Shown here: piece after piece, positions 35,720 to 47,268 of the stretch
How the letters are laid out: each line of letters opens with the position of its first letter
How positions within the stretch are numbered: the stretch's first letter is position 1
Assembly: GCA_023334545.1 (NCBI GenBank)
Contig: JAADVB010000043.1
Coordinates: forward strand, 1 to 64,000
DNA: 64,000 bases
Reading direction: 5' to 3'
From: Salisapilia sapeloensis CBS 127946
Taxonomy: Eukaryota; Protista; Oomycota
Made by a program: the position numbers and the translations under genes
The notes under the pieces: generated by a model
Databases searched by the model: none
The model's input: the letters and a program-made list of their open reading frames with translations, nothing else
Told to the model about the DNA's origin: nothing

Positions 35720-36700
35720 ATCAAAAACTGGTTCATTGATACACAAAGGTGATATTCAGATACTCTTCATGTCATCATTGAAACCTCTTGTGCTTCTTTC
35801 TTTCTACACAGTTCAGGCAGATAAGCAAGCGCCATCAATACATATTTACCATCATGGTTCGACCGTATTAGTAGATATTTTAAAGTAGAGCATGGCAGCA
35901 TGAAGGTGGACTGAAAGAAGCTTAAACCCATGCAAGTACGTTTTGTAGGTTCAAGGTGAGAATCAGTTATGCAGCGCTCCTTGGAATATGACAATACTGC
36001 CTCATCCCCTTTGCACGCCCCCATGTAGATAGATAGCGTAAGAAAACAACTGGGCACCTAGAATCAGCATGCTATAAGTTTGGATACCCTAGGGGACTAC
36101 ACATACGCTTAAGGAAGTCATGTACGATGACATCGTTATAATTACGAAGCTTAACATAGAACATTTTTCCTGTTTATAAACAGCTTAGTGATTGTGTATG
36201 ACTTGGTCGCCTGTTACAAGGTTTCTAATCGTGTCGTAGCTTTGGGCGTAAAGTGGATCATCTAGTAACAGTAGTTAAGTATCCGATACAACCAAATCCT
36301 TTAAGTGTCTGCCTTTTGTATCGAGCGCTTTTAAAGTAATTGGGCTTAGCTACCCTGTCAAACTCTTATAATTCCTAAGCTTTGGAAACCACCGCCTATG
36401 ACGGCTAGAGCAACAGAAATGTCATGCAAAATGATAGACATCTGTCATGCTTCTTATACTTTGTATCTTATAAGAATGTCCGTGTTGCCGACAGCATAAA
36501 CGAAATGACCACCGTCGGAGGCACTCAGTATGATTTTATCCGACTTGTAGTTCATATAGAAACTCTAGCTCTATCGACTAGACTAAAACCTACTAACCAA
36601 CCGACTTTGATATAACAAATGATTTAATCTACCAGTTTTTCCTTTAAGTAACTTGTCAGGACGATGACTACGAACAAAATGCCTTTGAACTCATCTATGT
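35720..36700 (-). CDS. Possible intron-rich gene, unresolved
   Basis: Short protein-like segments flanked by AG/GT (DDPLYAQSYDTIRNL; KMFYVKLRNYNDVIVHDFLK). No full model. Confidence 0.2.
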
Positions 36701-36822
36701 ATCGACCATGACGACGTCAACTCTAGCTTGACAGAGGAGGTAAATCAACACTGCAACTATATCAGTTAGAATGAAATTTGAAGTTCGTAACAGTACTCAT
36801 TGAGTGGCAAACAAATCCCCGA

Positions 36823-37311
36823 ATGATCATGGAACGAGTAGCTCGTGACGGACGGATGCTCGTGCGCACGTTTGCCTCTAAGAGCAAGCAGGCGAAGAAG
36901 TCAAAGGGTGTCTCGGGTGATGGCAACTTTGAAATGATGCTCCGCGCCATTCGTGGCCGAACACCTGACGCGTAAGCTCCACATTCACACTCGTGCTACA
37001 TCCACCTTGCTTTATTGACAACGCTTATATCCTCTAGCGAGCCATTCACAGATGAAGAGAAAGCTCGTCATGCCGAGGTGGCCAAGGTGTTCAACCGCAA
37101 CACGACGATCGAGCACAATCACTTCATGAAGGACTTGCAGACGAAGATCGATCTCAAGTGGGACGCCATCAATGCTCTTCCGGCAGAACTGCAGGAAGAA
37201 GCTCTCGAGCAAGACTTTGCGCCTCCTCCACCAGGCCGATTCATGGCGACGTGGACGCCACCGATCCCTGGCTTCAAGCGTTACGTTGGCCAGGAAGATG
37301 AAGACGACTAA
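36823..37311 (+). CDS. Mitochondrial ribosomal protein mL40-like, two exons
   Basis: Presequence-like start (RTFASKSK), intron 36972-37037, AINALPAELQEEAL...ATWTPPIPGF resembles the mL40 C-terminus. Confidence 0.7.
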
Positions 37312-37357
37312 CTAGACAACAAGCACGCTTCCTAAACCATATTCGTACATTCTATCT

Positions 37358-40272
37358 CTACATTACTTGATCCTTGGTCTTTTCCGCCGACGGATGCTTG
37401 TACCACCACTCCTTCACGTTACGTTGGATCACCAGCGACGCCAAGGCATGCGTCTTCATTCGGGCAAAGTTCTTTCGACATAAAGCACCTCGAGTAGCCG
37501 CCTGGACTTTGATCGTCACGTTCTTCGCCTGGAGAAAGCTGCGTCTCGCGAGCATCGATCGAGTCGCTGCTTGCACAGTCACTGCCGCTCGTTCCCGTTC
37601 CGACAGTTCCGTCGGCTGTTTGACGAGAGGCGTTTCCATCGACTTGGCTGCTTCATGCAACCTCCTTGTCGTCTCTCGCATCTTCTTGTAATTCCGTCGA
37701 AGGAGCCACAGACGAACGTTGTGCTGCAAGACTTTAACTTCATCTTCCAACGAACTACGCTCTTCGGGACCCATGAGCTCCATCGCTCCTTCCAGCTTAG
37801 ACTGGTGCGCTTCATCATCTGCAATGGCACTCTTGACATCCGAGTCCATCGCATCACTTTCATAGTTCGACACGACGTCATCTCGCAAAGGAGACACGAA
37901 CGGAGAGTGCATACTAGCATCCCCCACACTACTCGCTTCTCCTACACTCTCCTTCCGTCGAGATGACGAGTCTCGACTAAAGCTCAGTGTCAACGCGCAC
38001 TTGTCATGCAGACTCATGGTCGAGAACGCACCCATGAGGAACTTGCGATTCGTCTCGTGGTTTTCATTCGTATACGTTGCTTGCATCCCTCTCCCTCCAC
38101 CTACTTGCTCTTCGTCGGATGCAACGTTCATACGCAGTCGCTTGGCCATATCCGCCTGCCCTGACTTTTCAGCTCGATCAGCAGGTGTGCAGCCATCAAA
38201 GTCGAGGGCAAAGAGATCAGCACCCGACGTGAGCAGGACGTCGACAACTTGCTGATGACCACAGCCTGCTGCTAGGTGCAGAGCTGTCTGACCTTGTGTG
38301 CTCTGCTGATTCACGTGTGCGCCGTGAGACAGTAACAAGGGAACGAGACGAACGTAGTTATAAAAGCAAACGTAATGCAAGAGACTCAGTCCGGTCTCGT
38401 CTAAAGAGTTGAGCTCCTCCAAGAGCTCATCGCTGGAATGTGCGACGGCTACGAGTTGCTGCACGACGCCTTCAAGTAACGAGTCAGAGAGAGATTCAAG
38501 CTCCTGGTCACTTAATTGGTCCACCGTTCCGTCGTCCGCAGCGCCTGTCGGAGACGACAGTGGCGTCGGCTCTCCACTAGAAGCAAACGCTGGTGTCTGC
38601 TGGTCTGATGTGTTGTCTATGGAAGCTTTCTCGTCCACAAAGTTGGCGAAGGGACTGGAAGACGTGATGGCATTATGAAACTCGGACAATCGCTCGACAA
38701 TTCGAATCTTACACTGTCGATCGTCGACTATCATGTACTAGTTATAAAGGATCAAATGTGTTGATGTAGAGAATGGGGACGTACGTTCTGAGTCACCAAA
38801 GGAGAAGAGGTTGGAGACATCAAGAGCGGTGGAGCTTTCTGGTATATTCGTAGGCGTGATAGCGTAGCGACTGCGTTTGCCAGTACCTTTGATCATGTTC
38901 GATCCTTTTAAAGGCGATGTAGATTGTACTGGTGTATCCACATCTGTATCCATGAACTTTTCATTGTACAAAGCTTTTCGTCCGACTGGAAGAGGCGGTG
39001 ATACTTGGTCTAAACTACGATAGCTAAAGGACTTGATGCTAGACACGCGTACTAGTCTCGCGTTGTCGTCACGCTGTGCGACGAAGAGGTCGACGATGCC
39101 CGACTCCTTGGCTCGTGGAGCTAATTCAGTCATTAGATCATGAAGAAGAAAGGTATTGGAGAGATGGCTACCTGTACAGCGAAGGACTGTGTCGGACACA
39201 CGCTCAGTAGCGACAGGTGAATGATTGCCAAACTGGACAACCACCTCTGGCTCATTTTCGCTAGTGACTTTCGTAGGTAGACTGGCATGGAGGCATACGA
39301 GGATCTTTGCACCGCCATGAACAAAGTCCCAGTCGGGTGAAAAGTCAGAGATATCGACGACTGGATCTGATACACTTTCTCTTGTATCATCTGTAGGTGT
39401 CGGGATGTATGGGACGTCCTGAAAGTCTAACATGTCGTTGAATGAAAGCCTGATGTCGTCACTGTCTTGGCGTAAGAGCTGATCTGCAGAGACGCAAGTC
39501 GAATTTTCTCCTACTGTGTCATGCAGGAGATCCATGTCGAAGTCATTTTTCATGATACTGTCGACGGTTTCATCAGATAAATTAGCCTGAATCGAGTTAT
39601 CTGAAGATGGTATCGTGGAGGCTTGGGAAGATGGCTGTACGGGATCCGGAACGGTAGAAACACTCTTGTCTCCCGCTCGACTGACTTTCTTATTTGCTTC
39701 ATCGAAATAGTGAACGAGGACGATATGGTGGCTCGAATCTCGAAGTCCATAGCTCCGACGATGAAAAGTCTAAATGGATACTTGAGCCCCATAGATACTT
39801 TTTATAAGACAATGGATGGAGACGTACGCTGACTTCGGATGAATGGACGTACGTTCCGAGAATAGTGGTCTCCCGATTGACAACTAGCTTCGCTCGATCT
39901 TCACGAACCTATGATATACGCATTAAGCACTGTTTAACGAATAAAGAGAAGAGGAGGTGTACTCGTCCAGTGTCTTTCCGAATCTGCCATTTCCATCCAT
40001 CGTTCTTAAAGTTAGGGAGTACAGAGGAATCGTACAGCAGGAGCGTTCCACCTATAGCCAGACAATACGGTGAGTATGTGCACGACATGTCGAAATCCGG
40101 TGGCAAGTCTCATCTTACTTTGGCACCGAGGATGGACCTGTGTGTGAAGTGGCCATCCAATCCGGTCTTGGTGCGTGAGGACGAATGCTAGCTCATCTTT
40201 GACAAGCCAACGTCGAGTCGCTGCTTCTTGGATGCGAGCTGCACGACCAGCAATCGTGCTGCCGTCAAACAT
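37358..40272 (-). CDS. CAMTA: Calmodulin-binding transcription activator (CG-1, TIG, ankyrin, IQ); multi-exon
   Basis: CG-1: RRWLVKDEL, FKNDGWKW, VREDRAKL, YVHS, FHRRSY, IVLVHY. TIG: ISDFSPDW. Ankyrin: GLSLLHY, GQTALHLAA. IQ: AAVTVQAATRSMLARR, VQAATRGALCR. Confidence 0.92.
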
Positions 40273-42393
40273 CGCACTTATGTCCGACAGTTTGTGCTTT
40301 GTACCGAGGCCTTTTTATTTTGCAGCTGAATAGACGCGGTACATACTTTATTCAAGTTGATGAGCAGTGGTCAGTGAATCAATACAGGATCGCGTGTTGA
40401 ACCCAAAATGATTCTAAACACTCCCATCTCATTTCTTAGAAGACACAGCAGGATGCGCATTTTAATCGTACTTGTGGTGGAAGCACGGCTCAAGAGTACA
40501 CAAAGCGTCAGAATAATATGTTTGCATTATTTGCCGTGCCACTGATGGATTACCTAGTTGTGTACATATAAGTCTTACAAGAAAAGTCGGAGAATCGAGT
40601 TAGATACGCTTCTACTTGGACCAGTCACTAAAAAAATGGATTTCTGGTTCTCGAATAAACTAGAGGATATAATTTTCAGTTGGTGCCTTTGTGTGATATT
40701 GGTATGGAGCCGATTGATTTACAAAGAGCTCGAGCTCATGTCATCATGGCCAGGTTTCCATTAATCCACTCTATGGTTTGCAGTGTGGTCGTATGGATCT
40801 GAAACCATTCTAGCAGGCTTCAAGAAAGCAATCGTTGTAACCCAAAAGACTGATTCGTGGTTTAACTTTTCTTGTGCTGGAATCGCGCGACTCTGGAAAA
40901 AGTGGATCCATTTTTGTCTTTTCACTTTGACAATTGGATGTTTCGCACATAGTACTTTTGAGCTGATAAGACCTGCGATAACTTCGCACATTGCTTTTAC
41001 TCGAAGACAATTAGTTTCATTGGTTTGTGATAAACTCATAAAATCTTTATTTCTTTTTATAAAATTATATCGCTCTGTTCAATTGCTAGTTTCCAATCTC
41101 AATTTGTTTCTTGGTGGCCAGTAACTACCATCACAATGATAGCAATGATGTTAGTACTGAATTCGTTCGCTGCTCTTAAGCAAGGTACAAGCTGTCCAAA
41201 GAAATTAATGTTTGTACATAATTACGAAAAATTTACTGCCATTACCGAGCAGTAAAGTTGCCATCGACAAAGAGATACTTTGTAGCCCCTAACTCTAATT
41301 GAATACACAACAACAATGGACTAAAGTTACACGCACTAAAGAACCTAGATTGTACTGTCGCGGAAAAACGGAAGCATGCGAAGTATTGATTAAAATGAAG
41401 TCACTCATACAGCAATGTACCACGGTTTGCCATGGAGCAGTGACTCTCACAAGATTTCGCTTTCAATTCAGCAGCCTCTTTATAATTTATATTTAAATCA
41501 ATACTGTAGTATTTTGCCAATGCCAAGTTTCCATCAACAAATCTATAGACTCAAAGTCTTGTCTTTTGTCATTTCTTGCATTTCAATTCATTGCTTTTAG
41601 CAAAGACTGCACTTTAGTCACAACGTCACCTTAGCTTTTGTACACGATTTGTGGAAAGGAGAATCTACTTTGATTTGGCGCATGCTGTCCAATGCAACTG
41701 AAGATTGATCTTGCACACTTGCAGGTAACCAAAGTACCAAGGTAAGAAAGCACATACACAGCTTTTTGTATCCTATTTTCTCAATATGAACTGTAAACGG
41801 AGTCACTACATTTGTAACTCGAGCAGCTTTAAAATTTGGTTCAAGTTTGGATATGGAAACTCAGGATCGTACTGATTACACTAAACCACAGTTGCTCACT
41901 TCATTTACTGCATGTTACTTCATGCGCATCACTGTCTCTATTCATTATATACTCTATGCTCCTAGTCGACTTCAACGATACTTCATTCCTATCGATCCCA
42001 CTAGATCTGCGTTCTTGCATACGCAGCTAGTCTTCCTTCATTGTGTGGTAGATCATCCTTCATGCATGCTACATAATTGCGACGCTCTTCACGCCTAAAA
42101 AGGATAGAATGGTCGATTAGTTGCTAGGACAAGTAGGTCATTTTTGCGAGATGTGTCCAAAACTTCGCGCGTGTCCAGTCTTCTAGTGCCATGTCACATT
42201 TTCAGTATGCTAGGTCAATATGCCTTGCTTCCGACCTAGAAGGTATGATGGCATCAACCCTACTTTGAAAAGTTTCCGTGCATCTTCCATGCGGATGTAG
42301 TCACCCTGTTAACCTTTTCAAGATCGCGTCAAGGTACATCTGGATGAAACCGAATAAAGCCTAGTGCTGTCATTTTAGTTTTATCTTCGTACA

Positions 42394-42402
42394 GCTCACT
42401 TC
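42394..42402 (+). promoter_or_regulatory. Oomycete-type initiator (INR)-like element
   Basis: GCTCACTTC lies 20 nt before the SPR ATG and resembles the GCTCAYTYY core of the oomycete INR. Confidence 0.4.
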
Positions 42403-42421
42403 ACCTCAAGATCTTCATCCA

Positions 42422-43574
42422 ATGCGTTCAGCAGTCATCGTTACTGGAGCTTCACAAGGCTACGGTCGTAGCCTCGTTATGGCCTTCGCAAACAATATTC
42501 CTGAAGGAGATATCGACTTTGTAAGCTATCTATAAATTAATTTGTTGTAAATGTGAATAGTATCTCACTTATATACTAGTACTTGATGGCGAGAAATGAA
42601 GATGGCTTAAAGCAAACCGAGTCGGAGCTGCGTAAAGCATGGGATGCCAAGGTCTATCGCTCCTTACCACATTTGAAGCTGCAGACTGATCGTGCAAGTA
42701 GAAAGTTACCAATCGTGCTGTGGGAAGCTTCTTGATGACGGTCGATCTTTCGAATCCTACCGACTACACAGTCAAAATCGACGCTGTTATCAGCCAGGTA
42801 CTGGTTATGCGTCAAGTTTTACTACATATCATTAATTTATCCCGACATTTAGTTGAAAGCGGGCAACTACGATCGTCTTTACTTGGTTCATAATGCTGGT
42901 TCTTTAGGTGAGCTTGGTTATGCACAAGAAGTAAGCTCACCTGAAGCCATCAGCTCTTACATGGAGCTGAATGTGAACTCTCTCATTTGGTTTAACAAAT
43001 GGTATTTCCTATCGCTTCAAAACTCACATGGATTGAGCTGATGATCATGTAGTTTCATCGAAGTATTTGGAGCGAGTCGGGAGGAGCTTGACAATAAGAC
43101 GCCACCAGAGACAGACCAACGCTCTCTTATAATCAACATCACTTCGCTTTGTGCAATCGAACCGTTCGTGACCCAGCAGCTCTATTGCCTAGGAAAAGCT
43201 GCACGAGACATGCACGTACGCGTGATTGCGGGCGAGCAAGAGCCATCTCCGAAGCTACGTCTACTGAGCTACTCGCCAGGTCCTATGGACACTGACATGC
43301 ATGTGACCATGCGTGGCTCGGACAAGCTTCGCAAAGACCTGAACGAGATGTTTAATAGCCTCAAGACAGAGGTTTATCTACTAGACATATTATACTTAAC
43401 AGTGGCTAATATGATTGTAGGACAAGCTGGTGAAGACGGATGAGTCGGCTCGCCGTGGTGTCTGCTTGGCTTTGAGTGGCAAGTTCGAATCGGGCGCTCA
43501 CATTGACTACTTTGGTAAAGTTTTTGCTTACTACTGACATCTTCATTCGATTGAAAGTGGCTGTGCACGGTTAA
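42422..43574 (+). CDS. SPR: Sepiapterin reductase-like short-chain dehydrogenase; multi-exon
   Basis: VTGASQGYG, LVHNAGSLG, INITSLCA, YCLGKAARDM, SYSPGPMDTDM, FESGAHIDYF. At least five short introns. Last codons uncertain (stop at 43537 or 43574). Confidence 0.88.
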
Positions 43575-43658
43575 ATAGACGAGACCGCGTTGCCGTATTA
43601 AACGAAAGAGGAATGCAAATACAACGCATTGAATGCTACATGCTGTTTATTCTGTTTC

Positions 43659-44477
43659 TTATATGTGATAGACATGTCCACTCATGATGCTTACACTTTT
43701 CATCTGTGCCATCGCTCGTTCGTTCTTGCTTTTCATCTTACGATCGTGCCATGCACGTCGGCTTTCATCCTGAAACTCGGCTTCCCAACTAATCCCAGGA
43801 ACCTTGACAAGCTTCGCGCATGTAGAGGATGGCAAGAGCTGCTGGTAGGTTGCTATCGTCGCGACTTCCTCCACACCAGCAACGTTGCCTTCTATCCGAA
43901 GTCCCTCTCCAAGCAATGGGAATCCAACCTTTGTGAGCAAATTCAAGTCCCATATAGCGAGTGTGTTCCAAGGACTTGTTCTGCCATTAAGCTCAACGGG
44001 TTCTGAAGATGCCTGGAAACTATGACCAGGAAGCGCAGCACCAACAACAAGATCGGAATCCAAGTCCATGCAGTTGGAAAGGTAGGTGATAGCAGTAACA
44101 TCCACCTCGATTTCCACAGATTGCAGGATAAGCTTTGTGATGTTGGATGGGAAAGCAGTGGCAGCTTTGGACACGATGGCGTTCAGAGCTGGGACAAAGT
44201 GTCCCCAGTACGCAATTGGAATGATATGGATAGAAAAGGAAGATTCTAGTGCGTGAGATGTTAATCGGTTCAACAGGCTGTAGATAGAGGCTGCAAGAGG
44301 AGTTGTAGAGTCATGCGCAGGGTTTGGAAGGCCAAACGCGATCAAAACGCCATTGGAATAGCCCTTCGCTCGTTCACAAAACTGCAGTAGCTGTTGCAAT
44401 TCACTATCAACATCAATCGGAGCAGAGGTATCATGATAGGACCAGTGAGTCCTGGTGCCGACAACAGTATCGCTCAT
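43659..44477 (-). CDS. Uncharacterised 272-aa globular protein, intronless
   Basis: Motif-rich: WGHFVPALN, VVGAALPGH, LNGRTSPWNTLAIW, GVEEV, WHDRKMKSK. Function not recognised. Confidence 0.7.
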   Translation of the reverse strand: MSDTVVGTRTHWSYHDTSAPIDVDSELQQLLQFCERAKGYSNGVLIAFGLPNPAHDSTTPLAASIYSLLNRLTSHALESSFSIHIIPIAYWGHFVPALNAIVSKAATAFPSNITKLILQSVEIEVDVTAITYLSNCMDLDSDLVVGAALPGHSFQASSEPVELNGRTSPWNTLAIWDLNLLTKVGFPLLGEGLRIEGNVAGVEEVATIATYQQLLPSSTCAKLVKVPGISWEAEFQDESRRAWHDRKMKSKNERAMAQMKSVSIMSGHVYHI

Positions 44478-44776
44478 TTGCGTTGGAAGTTGTCAGCCAC
44501 ACGTTCTCTGAGTATAACTTCAATAGGAGTTGTTCATCTGCATCAGAGCGATAACTCTGTGCGCGTACACGGAAGGTATCGATGGATTTGCACACAATAC
44601 GATAGGACCATTGGAAACAGAAAAAAGGAGAGGCACTCGAATTGTAGTGCGTAACTTTATTCTTGTTCGCTTATATGTTGGCTGCTTCTTGTGAGACGTG
44701 GCTGTCGTACGTGGTTTGCATCGTGGCTTTGTAGGGCCGTCTTGTAGCTACAACGCTTCGAGTCTCTACTGTATGC

Positions 44777-45426
44777 CTAGATGGAATAGAGACCAAACAC
44801 AGGCACCGTGTCCGATAGATCCTATGCACATTCAAACGTAAGTCTTCTCGTCCAGGCGATGGGTATTTGCATCATTCTCAAGGACATACTTGTAGTCGAG
44901 AAGATTTGATGATGCATCCACATTCCACCACTTCCGAGCCAACTTTTGCGATGAGTTCACAAGTAGCTTTCAATGTACTTCCCTATGGACCATAGCAGTC
45001 AACTTCGTATAAAATTAAAACGCTAAAGTACGTCTAACTCACTGTCAAGACCATGTCGTCGATGATTGCGACGCGACTACCGGCCGGGATCGCATCGTCA
45101 TGGATCTCCAATCGGTTCGTCGTAAATCCTGTCTTAAACTCAACGCCGACGGTATTACCAGGCAGCCTCCGTGCCTTGCGTATAGGCACGAACGGAAGTT
45201 TTAACGCCAATGCCAGTGGCGGTCCAAAGAGAAAGCCTCTCGCTTCACAACTGGCAATATGCGTGAGCTCTTGGTCCGCATATCGTTTCGCGAGTGCATC
45301 AATCGTAGCTTGGAAAGCCTCGGGTTGTAGCAAAAGTGTGGTCACGTCTCCGAAATGCACATCCGGTTTCACTGACATAACACGGATGTGTTCCTGCAGC
45401 AGCTCCTGTATCTCGTCCTCCGCCAT
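44777..45426 (-). CDS. Adenine phosphoribosyltransferase-like protein, divergent; three exons, about 173 aa
   Basis: EARGFLFGPPLA...PFVPIRK, PRPP-type motif IIDDMVLTGST across intron 44983-45042; second intron 44822-44889. Confidence 0.85.
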
Positions 45427-45732
45427 CTTGCGTAGCGGAAGTTCAGAAAAATAGGAACATACACGTCTCATCTCCTGCCGATTGCGTCGATCATTGCGAG
45501 ATCGTTGCCCTATCTGTTTTCGCGCACTGTTACTTACGCCGGCAATAAACTGGGCCGACTGTTGTACCTCGCACACTATACGACTAAACCGGAAGAGCCG
45601 GGTATCGACCAGGGGTGCCGTCCGGAGCACGCACTTTCGTCTTCGAGCGTAGCGTCATCCACTACCTTGCTTCTGCTCTAGTTGTACTATTTGTTCGTTG
45701 CCAACTTGCACCCAGAGTGTGAATAGAAGAGG

Positions 45733-47124
45733 ATGGCGAATGGCGGGGGACCATCGACGAGACCAGCAGAGGCAGCCGACCAGAGTCAGGAGTCGGTGCG
45801 ACTAGTACCGATTAAAAGCCAAGGCAGCAATGAAACCATTCACATGCACAATTCATCCCGTGAAGAGCTCCAGGCGCTATTACTACGTACGACGCAAGCG
45901 CTGGATAAAATCGTCACGATACGAGAGTCCATGGAAGAGTTTGTCGACTTTTCACAGTTCACATCCGTCCCACGCACGTCTTCATCGAATCGTTCAGGCC
46001 GGTCGAATCTGCAGCGACACTCTAGTGAAGAAATTCCGGTCGCTGGAGGAGCTCCGAATGCAACTCGAACGACAGTGGCTTCCAGTTATGACAGTACGAC
46101 CGGTTCTTCCGGGTCAGAGGACCCACTTCGATCGACGAACTCGACGAACTCAACAAACTCGGATGAAGAGACCTCTGGAGATGTTCCGAGTGAGCTCTTG
46201 ACTGGTCATCCGAGACGCAATGGATCTCTCACTCGACTTGATGAAAGTGAAAGTGAGAACGACCTGGATGACGACCTGGATGACTTTAGAATACAGAACG
46301 ATGGTAGCGAAGGCTCGATAGAAGGTAGTGATCGCATGTCAGAGTTTATATCGTCCGATCTATCGACATTTAAAGCTGAGCGACTGGAACGTATGACTCG
46401 ATTGGAAGTGTCATATCATGACGGTCTTCCGCGAGAGTTCTTTAATGCACTAGGTAGATTCTTATATTCCCATGTGGAAGTCAAGACGAGGCATTCCAAG
46501 TTCAATTTCTACAAGGATGCTTTCGTCGGTGCAGACGCTGTTCGTGAACTCGTCGTCTGTGGCTTTTGCGAAGACCTACCGAACGCACTGCGCATAGGCA
46601 ATGTTCTCGTTCGACTTGGTTTGATTCAACACGTCTCGAGAACAGATGACCAACTGCATAACACCAAGGACAACTTTTACAGATTTACTCGAACCATTGA
46701 GCAGACCATCGATGAAGTAGAAGAAAGCGTCGGCGAGAGACAGAGTCACCAACGCATGTCCATCAACGCCATGACCCAGCGCGAGTCCATGTTGTCTCGT
46801 GAGGCATCTGCCACCATCCAATACGATTTCTCCAAGGCTTCCGATGAAGTCCATGCTCTCGTCGCGGAAGAAGTGCTTCCAGTCATCTCACGTGTGCTCC
46901 ACAAGATCTTGGAGCGTAAGAACAAGTTGCTTCAGTACAAGGGCTTCGACGCCTGTTTCTTAGGGAGCGAAGCTGTTGGGACATTACGTGAATTAAGACT
47001 CGCGACGTCCGTAGTGGATGCTGTCCTGATAGGTCAGAGCCTACTGGACGACGGGATGGTAGAACCGATCCCGGCGAGCGTGACGACATTCCAGGACAAG
47101 TACATTTTCTATCGACTGGTTTAG
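45733..47124 (+). CDS. Tandem DEP-domain protein
   Basis: FYKDAFVGADAVRELV...ALRIGNVLVRLGLIQHV...FYRF and FDACFLGSEAV...AVLIGQSLLDDGMVEP...FQDKYIFYRL, after a long Ser/acidic N-terminus. Confidence 0.85.
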   Translation: MANGGGPSTRPAEAADQSQESVRLVPIKSQGSNETIHMHNSSREELQALLLRTTQALDKIVTIRESMEEFVDFSQFTSVPRTSSSNRSGRSNLQRHSSEEIPVAGGAPNATRTTVASSYDSTTGSSGSEDPLRSTNSTNSTNSDEETSGDVPSELLTGHPRRNGSLTRLDESESENDLDDDLDDFRIQNDGSEGSIEGSDRMSEFISSDLSTFKAERLERMTRLEVSYHDGLPREFFNALGRFLYSHVEVKTRHSKFNFYKDAFVGADAVRELVVCGFCEDLPNALRIGNVLVRLGLIQHVSRTDDQLHNTKDNFYRFTRTIEQTIDEVEESVGERQSHQRMSINAMTQRESMLSREASATIQYDFSKASDEVHALVAEEVLPVISRVLHKILERKNKLLQYKGFDACFLGSEAVGTLRELRLATSVVDAVLIGQSLLDDGMVEPIPASVTTFQDKYIFYRLV

Positions 47125-47268
47125 ATGGCGTCGTAGGTGTCTCTAGTGTATTTAACATTTCGGTTTGGTCGGAAGCGCTTGCGAAAGGGATAAGAGTAAC
47201 GATACAGTTTTTGTCTTTATCCAAGTTCTTTGTACACTTCTACATGCCACCTAGACGACCAACGAGGC

